Assembly (NCBI GenBank): GCA_002811645.1
Contig: PDIP01000103.1
Coordinates: 18,563-82,562 of the forward strand
Reading direction: 5' to 3'
Origin: Corallochytrium limacisporum Hawaii
Lineage: Eukaryota; Protista; Pluriformea
DNA: 64,000 bases
Numbering within the stretch: the stretch's first letter is position 1; each line of letters begins with the position of its first letter. Positions 23,111-33,597 of this stretch are shown here, in pieces. The notes under the pieces were generated by a model that was given only the letters and a program-made list of their open reading frames with translations, had not been told where the DNA came from and did no database searches. The position numbers and the translations under genes were made by a program.

Positions 23111-25646
23111 ATGTCGTACTCTGCAAACGCTCCGGCTCTGTCGGATACCGAGCGTGGTGTGTACGAGAAAGTATTCAGTGAACTGCGCAAGGGAGCAGAC
23201 GGTAACCCCGACCCTCAGGCAGTGATTGAATGTTTGCGCACATCCAAACTGGAAGACCGCGTTTTGGGTGAAATTTGGAATGTTAGCGGTCTGTCTGCCG
23301 GTGCAAACAAAACTACTGTTTTTAATGCATTGAAGCTGGTGGCGTCTGCACAAGGCGGAAAGGGAGTGAACCGCCAGGCACTGCAGAGCCAGGGACTGAA
23401 CCCGCCAAAGGTGCAGGTGGGCGGTGGTAGTACTCCCGGGTCTGGTGCTAATACACCACAACGTAAGGCGAGCTACTCGTCGCAAGACAGCAAGGCCGGA
23501 TCAACATCTTCTGGAGCTGGAGGCGATGCGCCCCCAACTCCTGCCGAAGTGTTACGTGGGTTGGCCCTTTTTAGTGCCGAGGGAGCACAGAGTGGCCAGC
23601 TTTCGCCTGATAAGGTCCAAGCTTTCCTGCAAAAAAGTGGACAATCTCGGGAAATCCTCGGTTCCGTATGGGCTTTGTGCGGTCCCCAGAGCGGCAGCTG
23701 GGATATCCCCAGCTTCACCAAAGCTTATATTGTGTTGCGTCGCAAAGCTGAGGGTTCCATGCCGAGTGTACCACAGCAGCTGCCAGCGAGCTGGAATACT
23801 GTGATCACTTCACACTCTCCAGAAAATTGGGCGGTGCCAGTGGCTGACCGCGTGGTTTTTATGCAATACTTTGACCGCTTGTCTAACAATGGGCCTGGGC
23901 CAGTGCCCAGTGCCGCAGTGGTAGATTTCCTGGGTAAGAGTGGTACCTCAAAGGACAAGCTAGCTCGCGTGTGGCAGCTAGCGACTGAGGGGCTGCAATC
24001 AAGCGGTGACATGCGGGCAGATCAGTTTGTACTGGCAGGCTACCTAACAAAATTAGCATCTGCCAACGAACTGCCCGCGTCTGGTCCTCTTCCGCCGTCT
24101 CTTATTCCCCCGTCCTTCCGCCCTGGAAGCCAGCACACCACATCAGGCCAGATGGCCGGTTCTGGGGCAGGTGGTCTCTCGGCCGCCCTTAGCTCGAGTG
24201 CTCTAGATGATCAGCCCATCGAGGAGCCCAAGATGCGCCAAGCGGATCTGATTAACTTGTTGGACGACTTGCCGGCACCACCGAAGCTGACGCAGTCTGA
24301 GGACAGTCTTGTAAACGAAATCAAGACACCGGACGATCTGCAGCGTGACATTGAGAAGACCGCGCAGCAGAATCAACAGGTTCAGCACGTGAGCAATCAG
24401 TTGGCTGGACTGAAGAGTGCCATTAACCAGGAAACTGATGTGGTGAATGAAGCTCTTGAAGGGGAGAAACGCAAGATCAAGATCATGCAGGAAGAAAAGA
24501 AGGCAATTCAGGAAGAGACACAGCACCAGGACCAGCTGCTAAAGGACAAGGACAAGCAAATTGACGACCTCAAGGCCCAGGCAGAGAAGGATAGTCGGGA
24601 ACTCCAGGAGCTGAAGAAAACCCTCAACCAGCGACAAGAGGAGACCCAGACTAAGGAAGTAGAGTTAAATCGCCTTAAAGAGGAGCTAGAGAGTCTACGC
24701 AAGGAACTGTTGGACGTTAGCACGCAGATCAAGAAGCAGGAAAACGAAATCACCCGGATGGACAACGAGATAAAGAAGACTTCCGTCGACGCTGAAAAAC
24801 TAAAGCGCGATATCGAAGCAGGCGGTGGCCGAGCCGACGACATCCCGTTTGCAGGCGACGCCAACATAAACATTACCACGACCGGCATTGGATCACCCGC
24901 TGCGGGATCCAACACGGCCAGTATCTCATCCAAGGCCTCCGGAACCGCTCCTAGTAATGATCCGTTCGGTGGTACCATATCTCTGGCTTCGGCGGACGAT
25001 AATCCGTTTGGAGAGGCGGGTGCATTCGGTGCTCGCGGTTCAAAGACCAGCGGTGACGATCCGTTCGGCGGTGCTGACAACCCTTTCGGCAATGACTCTA
25101 GCGACCCTTTCGGCAGTAGCTCCGCGGCACCTAAGAAAGGCTCCACTCCCGGTGCTAAGGGAGCCTTTGAAGGAGATGCTTTCTTCTCCAAGGGAAGTGG
25201 TGGTCCAGCGGCGAGCGACCCGTTCGGCGGTGCCGCGGCCAACGGTGCCAGCAACGACGACCCATTTGGCAGTAACACTGCATTTGGAGGTTCAGGTTAG
25301 TATACCATTTCTGTTTATCTGTTCAACTGCTCGATGGATACGATTTTGACTGTTTGATACTGACACTGTCTCACTTTTCTCAAACGATTTTTTCAACCAT
25401 GCAGGGAAGGCTACGGAATCTAAGTCTGACAACGCTGGATGGGGATTTGATCCATTCAGTGGTGGTGCTGGTGGTGGTCAAAGCTCCCTCGGTGCTGAGT
25501 CCGCGAGCGCGACTCTTGCCCGCGAACTCAGCAACTCCTCTGCTGCGTCAAAATCATCCTCGAAGGCGCCTCCGAAGCCTATCGAACAGATGACAGAGGA
25601 GGAGCAGATCCAGTGGGCTATTGAACAAAGCAAGTCTGAGTCATAG
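23111..25646 (+). CDS. EPS15: Eps15-like endocytic adaptor (3 EH domains, coiled coil, DPF/NPF repeats, UIM); exons 23111-25295 and 25405-25646
   Basis: Three EH-like repeats (SKL..LGEIW, KSG..ILGSVW, KSG..LARVW), a central coil and many DPF motifs. A phase-1 intron 25296-25404 (GTTAGT, TACTGAC branch, TGCAG) adds an exon with FDPF and the UIM MTEEEQIQWAIEQSKSES*. Confidence 0.88.
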
Positions 25647-25779
25647 GTTGCACAACATATCAAACAACCAACACCAGGCCACCGATAAAGGATCACCATT
25701 GTCATAGTAAGCTATTACATTTATGTGTTTTTTTACAAGCGATATAATGCTGTCTGAGATTCAGACCAGGTGACGTAAC

Positions 25780-26646
25780 TTATTTGATGATAGCACCGTT
25801 GAGAGATGAAACCTTGCAGACACCCTTGCCCTCAATAGCGAATGGGATTCCCTTGTAGCAGGCAACACCCTTGTCGTCCACATTCAGGTCAGGCTGGATG
25901 CTCTCAAATACCTTCCGCTTCGGATTCAGTTGGGCATCGGGCGTGCGGGGATATCCTTCGAAGCTAACCAGATCGCCGGGTACAGCTCCTGCCGGAGGCT
26001 CCAGAGCTTCGCACTTGTCGGTCGCCTCCGCGCACATTACCATGGCCTCGCTGAGGATGCCACGCATCTTTGCTGGCTTTAGATTGCAACAGAGGATTAC
26101 CATACGGTTCTGCAGATAATCCATTGGTACAAACTTGACAAGACCACTGCAAACAGTGCGGATCTCTCCATTGCCAAGGTCGCACTTCTCTACATACAGA
26201 CCATCGGCATCAGGGTGCCGATCTACTTCAATTATCTTTGCCACCCGGAAGTCAAGACGAGAAACTGTGTTTTCTTTGGGGGCTTCGTTGCCTTTGGCTT
26301 TGGCATCAGCGCCTTTGTTCTTCTTCTCCTTCTTCCCTCCTTCCGAAGGGACTGTTGCTGCTTTCTTACCACCTTTGGTGGGTATGGACACTCCTTTGGC
26401 TCCATTGACCGAATACACATTCGATCCGTTTGCGTTTTCAAGTCTTTCCAGTTCGTCAATTAAACTCTTGACCGTCTGTTGCAACTCAGTCTGTTCATTC
26501 AGTGCCGCACTAATGGTGGGATCTACAGGAACAGCACCCATACCATTACCAAGCACTGCTTTCATGCGCGCAAGTTCTTGTTTCAGGTAACCGATCATGG
26601 CTTCAGCCTCGCTGGCCTTGCCTTCCAGAACATCTAGTTCAACCAT
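25780..26646 (-). CDS. AIMP1: Aminoacyl-tRNA synthetase complex cofactor p43/AIMP1 (EMAPII-type tRNA-binding OB fold)
   Basis: VSRLDFRVAKI..HPDADGLYVE, RTVCSGLV, CNLKPAKMRG..SEAMVMCA and PDAQLNPKRKVFE motifs, with an N-terminal coil and Lys-rich linker. ATG at 26646. Confidence 0.92.
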   Translation of the reverse strand: MVELDVLEGKASEAEAMIGYLKQELARMKAVLGNGMGAVPVDPTISAALNEQTELQQTVKSLIDELERLENANGSNVYSVNGAKGVSIPTKGGKKAATVPSEGGKKEKKNKGADAKAKGNEAPKENTVSRLDFRVAKIIEVDRHPDADGLYVEKCDLGNGEIRTVCSGLVKFVPMDYLQNRMVILCCNLKPAKMRGILSEAMVMCAEATDKCEALEPPAGAVPGDLVSFEGYPRTPDAQLNPKRKVFESIQPDLNVDDKGVACYKGIPFAIEGKGVCKVSSLNGAIIK

Positions 26647-27293
26647 TGTGTACAATACTCACCGGATTCAAAACTTGCAATGAGCAGCAATGTTCGAATG
26701 TTTTACTGCAGAGAATGTGCTCAGACTCAAATAGTTTACCTGAAACAAAGTGGGTAACTTCATCGGTCAAAGTACATAACGATATGGATATCGCGGTCCT
26801 GTGTATGGTTGCGCACTGTTCCCCTGCTGACCTTGGCCGCTCGTTTGCTCAACACTACGAATGGCAAAACTTCCCCGGGCTGTCACGCGGGTTGACAATG
26901 AATGGGAGTCCATTTTATGCAAGAATCAGAGTTCTGGTTACAGAGACGGAGGGTAGGAGGGAAACCATTTTTTGCCCTGGAGGGTCCCCCTTGAGCTTAG
27001 GCGCGAGTCTCACCGAGCGGAGGTGTCAATATTGCGGGACAGTTTGGCTCGACCGGAAAGGTCTCATCGGGTACGGGATGGGTTGGTCTCGGGCTTGTGA
27101 AAGCGTCTGTGAAGGTATTTGATATATTCCTTTTGTTTCCAAAATACTAACGATTAAATATCATATTTCTGAAAATGCGAAAAGAATCCGAGAGAAGAGG
27201 TCATAGGAGTTGAGTGAGCACAACAACGATCTGGGAGCAAGATGTGAGGTTGCTAGGAATACGACGAATTAAAGCTAAAGATCCACTAAGACC

Positions 27294-30200
27294 ATGGGGT
27301 CCAAAAATGACACAGACAAAGTTCTGTTTCCCACAGGAGGGATACAGGCGCACTTTTCGCCTTTGGTAAACTTTGCAGGTGCAATTCCTGCACCGGTACC
27401 CGAGGTCGAGTCAAGCGTTAGTCCTTTGGAGCTGGACAAGGCCTACGCAACAGTCAGTGAAGTTGTTGACCGTAGTTCTGATTTCGTAAAAGAACAGGTT
27501 TCAAAGATATGGCGTCAGCGTCGGAAGCACATACCGACAGCTGCGCATGAAGTTCTGTCAATTCTTGATGGAAACAGTCCGTCTGATTTGCTTGATGCTT
27601 TAGGACAAAGGTTTGCAGTAGAAGGATCTGAAATAGATACTTCTCATGCCTATGGTGTACCATCAAGCCCTCCACCGACATCAATTCTGGATGATACTGA
27701 TGTTGCCAATGTTGCATCGGAGTCAACACCGATAAAGCAAAAGCGTAAGGCTAGTGTGAAACGGGTAAATAGGAACCAAGTGACCCAGCAAATGTCCAAG
27801 GAGAAGATCGTGCAGAACTTCCTGAAATGCATTGATAATGTACTTGATGCATGCAACGTAAGTCCTACTGATGATATAAATGAAGCACGGAATGCCATTC
27901 CCTGGGACTCTGACAGTTCAACGCCAGATCAACGTTACATTGAGACTGCTGCTCTGAAGCGCCTCGCAACAGAAGCGGCCACCGTTCGGTATCATGCAGG
28001 GCTTGAGGATATTTCCCTCTCTCGCGTTTTGCCTTTGGTCTTTATCCTCGCGTTTAAGATTCGGCAGGGTGCCAATGTGAATATGGAACTAGCCAAAGCT
28101 GATCCAAAGACGTTTGCTGAACATCTGAGAGAAGTGATTAGCAGTGGACAGGTGTACTTGCATTTGCTTCTAAGTCCAGGTGCAAAGGCAGAATTGTTTG
28201 TGCATGATGTGGTTCGGGACCTCATCAGTGGTACACAAAAGATATTGACCAATTTTGTTTACCCCATCTGTGACAACTTGGTTGTGGCCGGTGACGCAGA
28301 TGAGGACATGGCTGAAGCATTCGGCGGGCCGAAGAGACGCAAGACAAAGAGCAGCGGAGCAAAGATTATTGCGAGTCATGACGATGCGAAGGCAATTATT
28401 CGGACGACGTACGCAAACAGCACTCGGCTAGTCAGCAAGATTACGGCCGAAATCTGCGGTGTGATGCAATCTTTCGCGGACTTATTGCAGAGGTATGGCC
28501 TTCCAGACACAGATTTGGTTTCGCTATCGTCGCTGGCCGTGAAGCCTTTGTTTGTAGATAATGTATTAGATGTACAGCAAATGGCTCTAGCAATGCTGCG
28601 GGTGATGGCCTGTCGTTACGCAGAGCACCGGGGTATCATTCTGGACGAAGTGTTCGGGTCCCTTAAGCGCCTACCCAAGACTAAGAGAAACATGCGCACG
28701 TTCAAGCTGCCAGATGGAAACCATATTCAGATCATTACTGCGCTGAGCATCAACTTGGTAGAAGCATGTACCTACAAACGCGACGTCAGTAGGAGTCAGA
28801 ACTTGCTTCCAGAATTCAGAGCCATCGCACAAAGCTTCACTGACGCAAAACATCTGGCTGCGACGTTGGTAAATCAGTTTGTCGTTATGGTTGGCGAACG
28901 ACAGGAGGAAGATTCACCAAAGCTTATTTTTGAAACTTTTGTGGATGATCTTCTCTTAGCGCTAAATTTCCAACAGTATCCAGCGGTAGAACTGCTTGTG
29001 GATGTTCTCAGTAAGCTTCTCATTCGTCAGATGACGCAAAAGAACACAAAGGTGCACGTGAAATCCATTGCCCTGGAAAAACTGGGTCTTATAGCCACCA
29101 AAGTGTATCAAGACATGGGCACTCTTACGGACCTTGAATCCGAGGATGGCGGTGCAAAGACGGCCTTGACATTCTTGAAGGAGTTGCAAATGGCGCGCTG
29201 CACGTGTGGACGAGGAGACATTGGTACAGAAATGGTCGAATGTGAGAAGTGCGAGCGGTGGTTCCACTATGCGTGCGTTGGGTACAAGGATACGGAACGA
29301 CTTCAGTCATGGCTTTGTTTCCGTTGTCGCCGTGACTCCGCCATTAAGAGTGAAAACGGCAATGGAATGGATCTGGACGACGAAGATGAAGAGTACCGAA
29401 ATAACATTTGGTTCAACAATGAATCCGAGTTGCTAGAGAAAGTACAGGCCACCACGGAAGAAGAAGCCCGTTTAGCGCTCCATGCGCTGCTCCTTGACAA
29501 TCTGTGCAAGGATAATTATGTTTCAGCACTTAGCCGCCACTTCCTCATAAGTAAGTGGCTGGTTGAGCGTGAAGCTAAGAGTTCTGGGGATGCAGATGAA
29601 GAGGACCAAGAAGGTATGGATGAGGAGGCTCCAGTTGAGCTAAACAGTTCTGTGGAAATCAGTGATGATACAAAGAAACTCTATCTAAATCCGCACTACT
29701 GGTACGATGAGACCATTCATTCCTTTGGTCCGCCGCGACAAGCGACCATATCTGACAACACAGCCCAAAGAATCATGCTGTTCTTGATGAGCCAGACAGG
29801 TGTGCACAGGAACCGGGAGCAGTTACACATTACTCTGACACATTTTCTTTCAGATAGTGCTGCGTTGATGAGGACCCGAGCCATGAAAGCCATTACCTCT
29901 GTGATGGAAGCATGCCCTCCTCTGCTTGCCAAGGAAGACACCAGAGACACGCTATTGAGTACACTCATGGACAAGAGTACGATGGTGCGGGAAAGCGCCG
30001 TGGAACTTATCGGTCGCGTGGTCAGTCATCATGTGACCCATCTGGATCAGTACTATGATGCGTTGGTCAGGCGCTGTAAGGATGTAGGTAAGTCGGTCCG
30101 GAAGAAGACAATCAAGACTTTACGAGACATTGCGGTCACTCATCATACACACCCAAGGGTTGCTGACATATGTTTCCACCTCAGCGGCCGCCTCAGTGAC

Positions 30201-32750
30201 GAACCATCCATAAAGGATCTGGTTCAGGAAACCCTTACGATGATCTGGTTCCCAGAAGTCTTCGTGGGAACGAAGAAAGACATGCCGGCGTACGCAGCGG
30301 TCGGAAGCGATTCCGTGGAGGATGCAGAGATTCTCCGAAGGGCGCGAATGATTGTTAAGGTTGTGCACCAATATCTCGACCAAGATGTGCCACCTGTATG
30401 GCTTGAGAGCTACGTGGAAGGACTCTTGGATCCGAAGGCGTCATCAGTCAGTGGGAAGCAAGCTGCTCAGGAGCTTTTCCAGCGAGTCGTGGATACCATG
30501 GTGGACTACATCAGTGATCTGCAAAACCTTCTGCATGTCCAGGACAACTCCACGCAGCAAGAGGAGGAAAAGGTCAACGCTGTCCCACAGCAGGACTCTG
30601 AGTACAGCCGTATGGAATTGGTGGCCACATTCTGCACTCTCGATCTCCTGTCGCAGGGAGAACCCAAGTTGCTACATCGTCACATTAGCGTATTGGCACC
30701 GTATCTCATTCCGGATAGTGAGTCTCCTATTGATCCACGCATTGTGATGTACTCTGCCCAGATTCTTGGACGCATGGTCGATGACCTTAGGTCGCGTGAT
30801 GCTGCTTTCCTGAAGGATGTGGAGAAGCACCTTGCATCGCATATTATTTCCGGTAAGCCTGCAGTGGTGCGTGCGTGTGTGGCGTGCCTCAGCATCATTG
30901 TGCAAGAAATCACTAAGAACTACGACCTGATCCGCAAATTGTACACAGCAATGTACAATGTGCTCGAAAAACATATGGCACAAGAGAAAAAGACAGGCAA
31001 GGAAGTGAAGGGTGGTGCGCAGCTCAAGCGAAGCCTCTTTACGGTCGGTCTCATTGCGGAAAAAAGTGATCTAAAAGATCTGGTCACTGCAAAGAGCAAA
31101 GGGGATGATGTCGAGAAGAATCTACTGAATGCATTAGTCTACTATGCTGGCAAGAGAACTCCCGATCTTATTTTGAAGGCCCTGGAAGCATTGGGGCACG
31201 TTGCCATGCGGGATGGACAATTCCTCTTGGAGGACCGTCTTACCCAAATATTTGAGCGCATATTTAAGCTGACCCAGAGCAGCAATGAAGTGATCACATT
31301 GAAGCGCCAGTTGTTGGTCATTATCATGGATGTGCTAAAGAACGAGGAGCGTAAGATGCAAGCGATGGAGGTGCTCCGTGAGAAGGCTCGTCAAGATGCC
31401 AAGGCCTTGACCGATGCTGAGCGATTGCGTCTCGATATTGGTGGCTACAAGGCAGCAGACAATGCCGACAGTGGTTTGTCCATTGGCCTCATGCAACGGT
31501 ACCTGGGCCGTGTACTTGATCTCCTGTCCACGGCGAACCCATCGCTTCGCGTGAATAGTCTGCAGGTAATCCAGATCTCACTCCGCAACGGTCTCTTTTT
31601 GCCGACTGAGTGTATACCAGATCTGATTGGTCTTGAGGCCGACGAAGACAGTAAGATCCGGGACAGTGCAGCTCAGATGGTAGGTCAGATCTACGAGAAG
31701 CATCCTGACTTCATTCCCATGCAATTAGGCGCCGGTGTGGAGAAGTGCTGGTTCCAGGCTCAGATTGTACAAGCCAGGACTTCTCCGGTGTCAATCCCCA
31801 CTGATGATACCAAGGGCGATCTAGGTAGTCAGACTGAAGTTGTCGACGCCGATCGCGTATACGGTTACCGTGAGAATCCGGGTGTCATGTCGCTCATGAC
31901 AAACACATTCTTGATGCTGCGTCGCAGCCGCCAAAACCGCCGCATTCTCATGGACACCCTCCTGAAATACTTCAAGCACAAAGAAGCTGCTGCAGAGCGC
32001 TCTTCCAAGAAACGCAGCAAAAAGGGTAGCGCAAAAGGATCTGCCAAGAAGTCCAATGGTAACGCAAATGGTGATGAAATTGGGGACGATCACTTCAATC
32101 TACACAAATTGCGCTTTGTGGCTGAGATTGTGGCACACTTCCCGTACCATCTGACAGAAGAACTGCTCTACGTGATCCACGGTATCGATCAGTACGTGTC
32201 CAAGGCTAGTTCCTCGCTGGTCGATCACTTGCAGGCCGCAATGATCCAAGCCACAGATACAGGCGCCACTGACGGCAGTGAGGAAACCTTGGAACTTATT
32301 GCCAGTGCTCACTCTATGTTGCTCATGCTTTCCATCAAGTTCCACCTCGTCCAAGGCTACGGCGTACCTCTGGCCAAGATTCAGGCATACAAACCCAGTG
32401 TCAAGGCGCGTCAGTTTGACTTCCCGTGCATGAAGAAGCCGGAGGGTCCCATGGCTTTGTGGACAGACACTGTTTTGTGGACGACCCCACTACGGAGTGA
32501 TGCGGAAGGTCTGAACATGCTTGCAGACCTTCTGCAAAAGGCATTACACGAGAATGCTAAGTACCACGTTGAAGAGAATGAAGAAGGCGAAGACGAAAAG
32601 GAGCCAGCTCCGGAAGGAGATGTCGACGTCTCCATGCAAGTCGATGCCGACGGCAATCTCATTCTGCCAGCTAATCCCCTGGATGACTCTATGGCGAACG
32701 AGGACACCATCCCGGAGGCGGCCTACATGGACAGCTCCTTCCAGGAGTAG
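27294..32750 (+). CDS. NIPBL: Cohesin loader Nipped-B/NIPBL/Scc2 with internal PHD finger, 1818 aa
   Basis: HEAT-region motifs MRTRAMKAI, DKSTMVRESAVELIGR, DVGKSVRKKTIK.LRDI, DSGLS..LMQRYL and FPY..EELLYVI. C4HC3 PHD at 29199-29327. Single intronless ORF. Confidence 0.93.
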   Translation: MGSKNDTDKVLFPTGGIQAHFSPLVNFAGAIPAPVPEVESSVSPLELDKAYATVSEVVDRSSDFVKEQVSKIWRQRRKHIPTAAHEVLSILDGNSPSDLLDALGQRFAVEGSEIDTSHAYGVPSSPPPTSILDDTDVANVASESTPIKQKRKASVKRVNRNQVTQQMSKEKIVQNFLKCIDNVLDACNVSPTDDINEARNAIPWDSDSSTPDQRYIETAALKRLATEAATVRYHAGLEDISLSRVLPLVFILAFKIRQGANVNMELAKADPKTFAEHLREVISSGQVYLHLLLSPGAKAELFVHDVVRDLISGTQKILTNFVYPICDNLVVAGDADEDMAEAFGGPKRRKTKSSGAKIIASHDDAKAIIRTTYANSTRLVSKITAEICGVMQSFADLLQRYGLPDTDLVSLSSLAVKPLFVDNVLDVQQMALAMLRVMACRYAEHRGIILDEVFGSLKRLPKTKRNMRTFKLPDGNHIQIITALSINLVEACTYKRDVSRSQNLLPEFRAIAQSFTDAKHLAATLVNQFVVMVGERQEEDSPKLIFETFVDDLLLALNFQQYPAVELLVDVLSKLLIRQMTQKNTKVHVKSIALEKLGLIATKVYQDMGTLTDLESEDGGAKTALTFLKELQMARCTCGRGDIGTEMVECEKCERWFHYACVGYKDTERLQSWLCFRCRRDSAIKSENGNGMDLDDEDEEYRNNIWFNNESELLEKVQATTEEEARLALHALLLDNLCKDNYVSALSRHFLISKWLVEREAKSSGDADEEDQEGMDEEAPVELNSSVEISDDTKKLYLNPHYWYDETIHSFGPPRQATISDNTAQRIMLFLMSQTGVHRNREQLHITLTHFLSDSAALMRTRAMKAITSVMEACPPLLAKEDTRDTLLSTLMDKSTMVRESAVELIGRVVSHHVTHLDQYYDALVRRCKDVGKSVRKKTIKTLRDIAVTHHTHPRVADICFHLSGRLSDEPSIKDLVQETLTMIWFPEVFVGTKKDMPAYAAVGSDSVEDAEILRRARMIVKVVHQYLDQDVPPVWLESYVEGLLDPKASSVSGKQAAQELFQRVVDTMVDYISDLQNLLHVQDNSTQQEEEKVNAVPQQDSEYSRMELVATFCTLDLLSQGEPKLLHRHISVLAPYLIPDSESPIDPRIVMYSAQILGRMVDDLRSRDAAFLKDVEKHLASHIISGKPAVVRACVACLSIIVQEITKNYDLIRKLYTAMYNVLEKHMAQEKKTGKEVKGGAQLKRSLFTVGLIAEKSDLKDLVTAKSKGDDVEKNLLNALVYYAGKRTPDLILKALEALGHVAMRDGQFLLEDRLTQIFERIFKLTQSSNEVITLKRQLLVIIMDVLKNEERKMQAMEVLREKARQDAKALTDAERLRLDIGGYKAADNADSGLSIGLMQRYLGRVLDLLSTANPSLRVNSLQVIQISLRNGLFLPTECIPDLIGLEADEDSKIRDSAAQMVGQIYEKHPDFIPMQLGAGVEKCWFQAQIVQARTSPVSIPTDDTKGDLGSQTEVVDADRVYGYRENPGVMSLMTNTFLMLRRSRQNRRILMDTLLKYFKHKEAAAERSSKKRSKKGSAKGSAKKSNGNANGDEIGDDHFNLHKLRFVAEIVAHFPYHLTEELLYVIHGIDQYVSKASSSLVDHLQAAMIQATDTGATDGSEETLELIASAHSMLLMLSIKFHLVQGYGVPLAKIQAYKPSVKARQFDFPCMKKPEGPMALWTDTVLWTTPLRSDAEGLNMLADLLQKALHENAKYHVEENEEGEDEKEPAPEGDVDVSMQVDADGNLILPANPLDDSMANEDTIPEAAYMDSSFQE

Positions 32751-33030
32751 ATCTGAACCAATAATTAAAGTAAATACCGGCTTATGTTATTCACAATTTA
32801 GAGTTGGAACGACGAGTGACATGGAACACAGAACCCAAGCAGGATGTCATCTTCAACCCCTTCGGGTTTGCACAGATTGTTATGTTTCGTATATTTTTGA
32901 TTTTAGTAATTGAAGGCTTTGCCAGTGTCTTTGTTTTCCATCCAGTGCGAATGTACGCCAGAGTGGACAACAGGTGGACCCGGTGTGATGATAGCTTCGT
33001 GAAATATTTATGAAAAGTGCTGGTCATAGA

Positions 33031-33597
33031 TCACAAAATCTCGCACTTCTTCTTCTTCTGCTTCGGTGCCTCTACCTTCTTTTCCTCTTGCGGTAGCAGC
33101 CGTTCAATCTCCCGGATCGTCGAATGGAAGGCCTCGTCAACGTTCAGTCCAGTCTTGGCTGATGTATCAAAGTATGGAACCCCAATCTTCTCTGTCCATG
33201 CGAGAATGTCTTCCCGCGTGACCGTCCGTTCATCTTCGAGGTCGGCCTTGTTGCCAATGACTGTCACCGGCACTTTATCTGTGTCCTTGACACGCATTAC
33301 CTTGCCGTAGAGGTCCTGAAGTTCCTTGAAACTACTGATTGAGGTGATGCTAAGCACAAGCAGAAAGCCATCTCCGTACTGGAACGATGAGTCCCGGAAT
33401 GAGGCAAACTCTTCCTGGCCCGCGGTATCCACAATTTCCAGCGAGAACTCTTTTCCGTCCAATGTGACCTGTTTCCGGTAGCTCTCTTCGATAGTGGGAT
33501 CGTAATATTCTGCAAACTTCTTCTTCAAGAACTGGATGGTGACACAGCTCTTTCCGACACCACCGCTGCCGACTACTACAACCTTACACTCGCGCAT
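33031..33597 (-). CDS. Ras-family small GTPase (Ras/Rap-like), 188 aa, polybasic region + CAAX
   Basis: GSGGVGKS, YDPTIEESY, DTAGQEEF, NKAD and TSAK motifs; ends KKKKCEIL. Confidence 0.97.
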   Translation of the reverse strand: MRECKVVVVGSGGVGKSCVTIQFLKKKFAEYYDPTIEESYRKQVTLDGKEFSLEIVDTAGQEEFASFRDSSFQYGDGFLLVLSITSISSFKELQDLYGKVMRVKDTDKVPVTVIGNKADLEDERTVTREDILAWTEKIGVPYFDTSAKTGLNVDEAFHSTIREIERLLPQEEKKVEAPKQKKKKCEIL

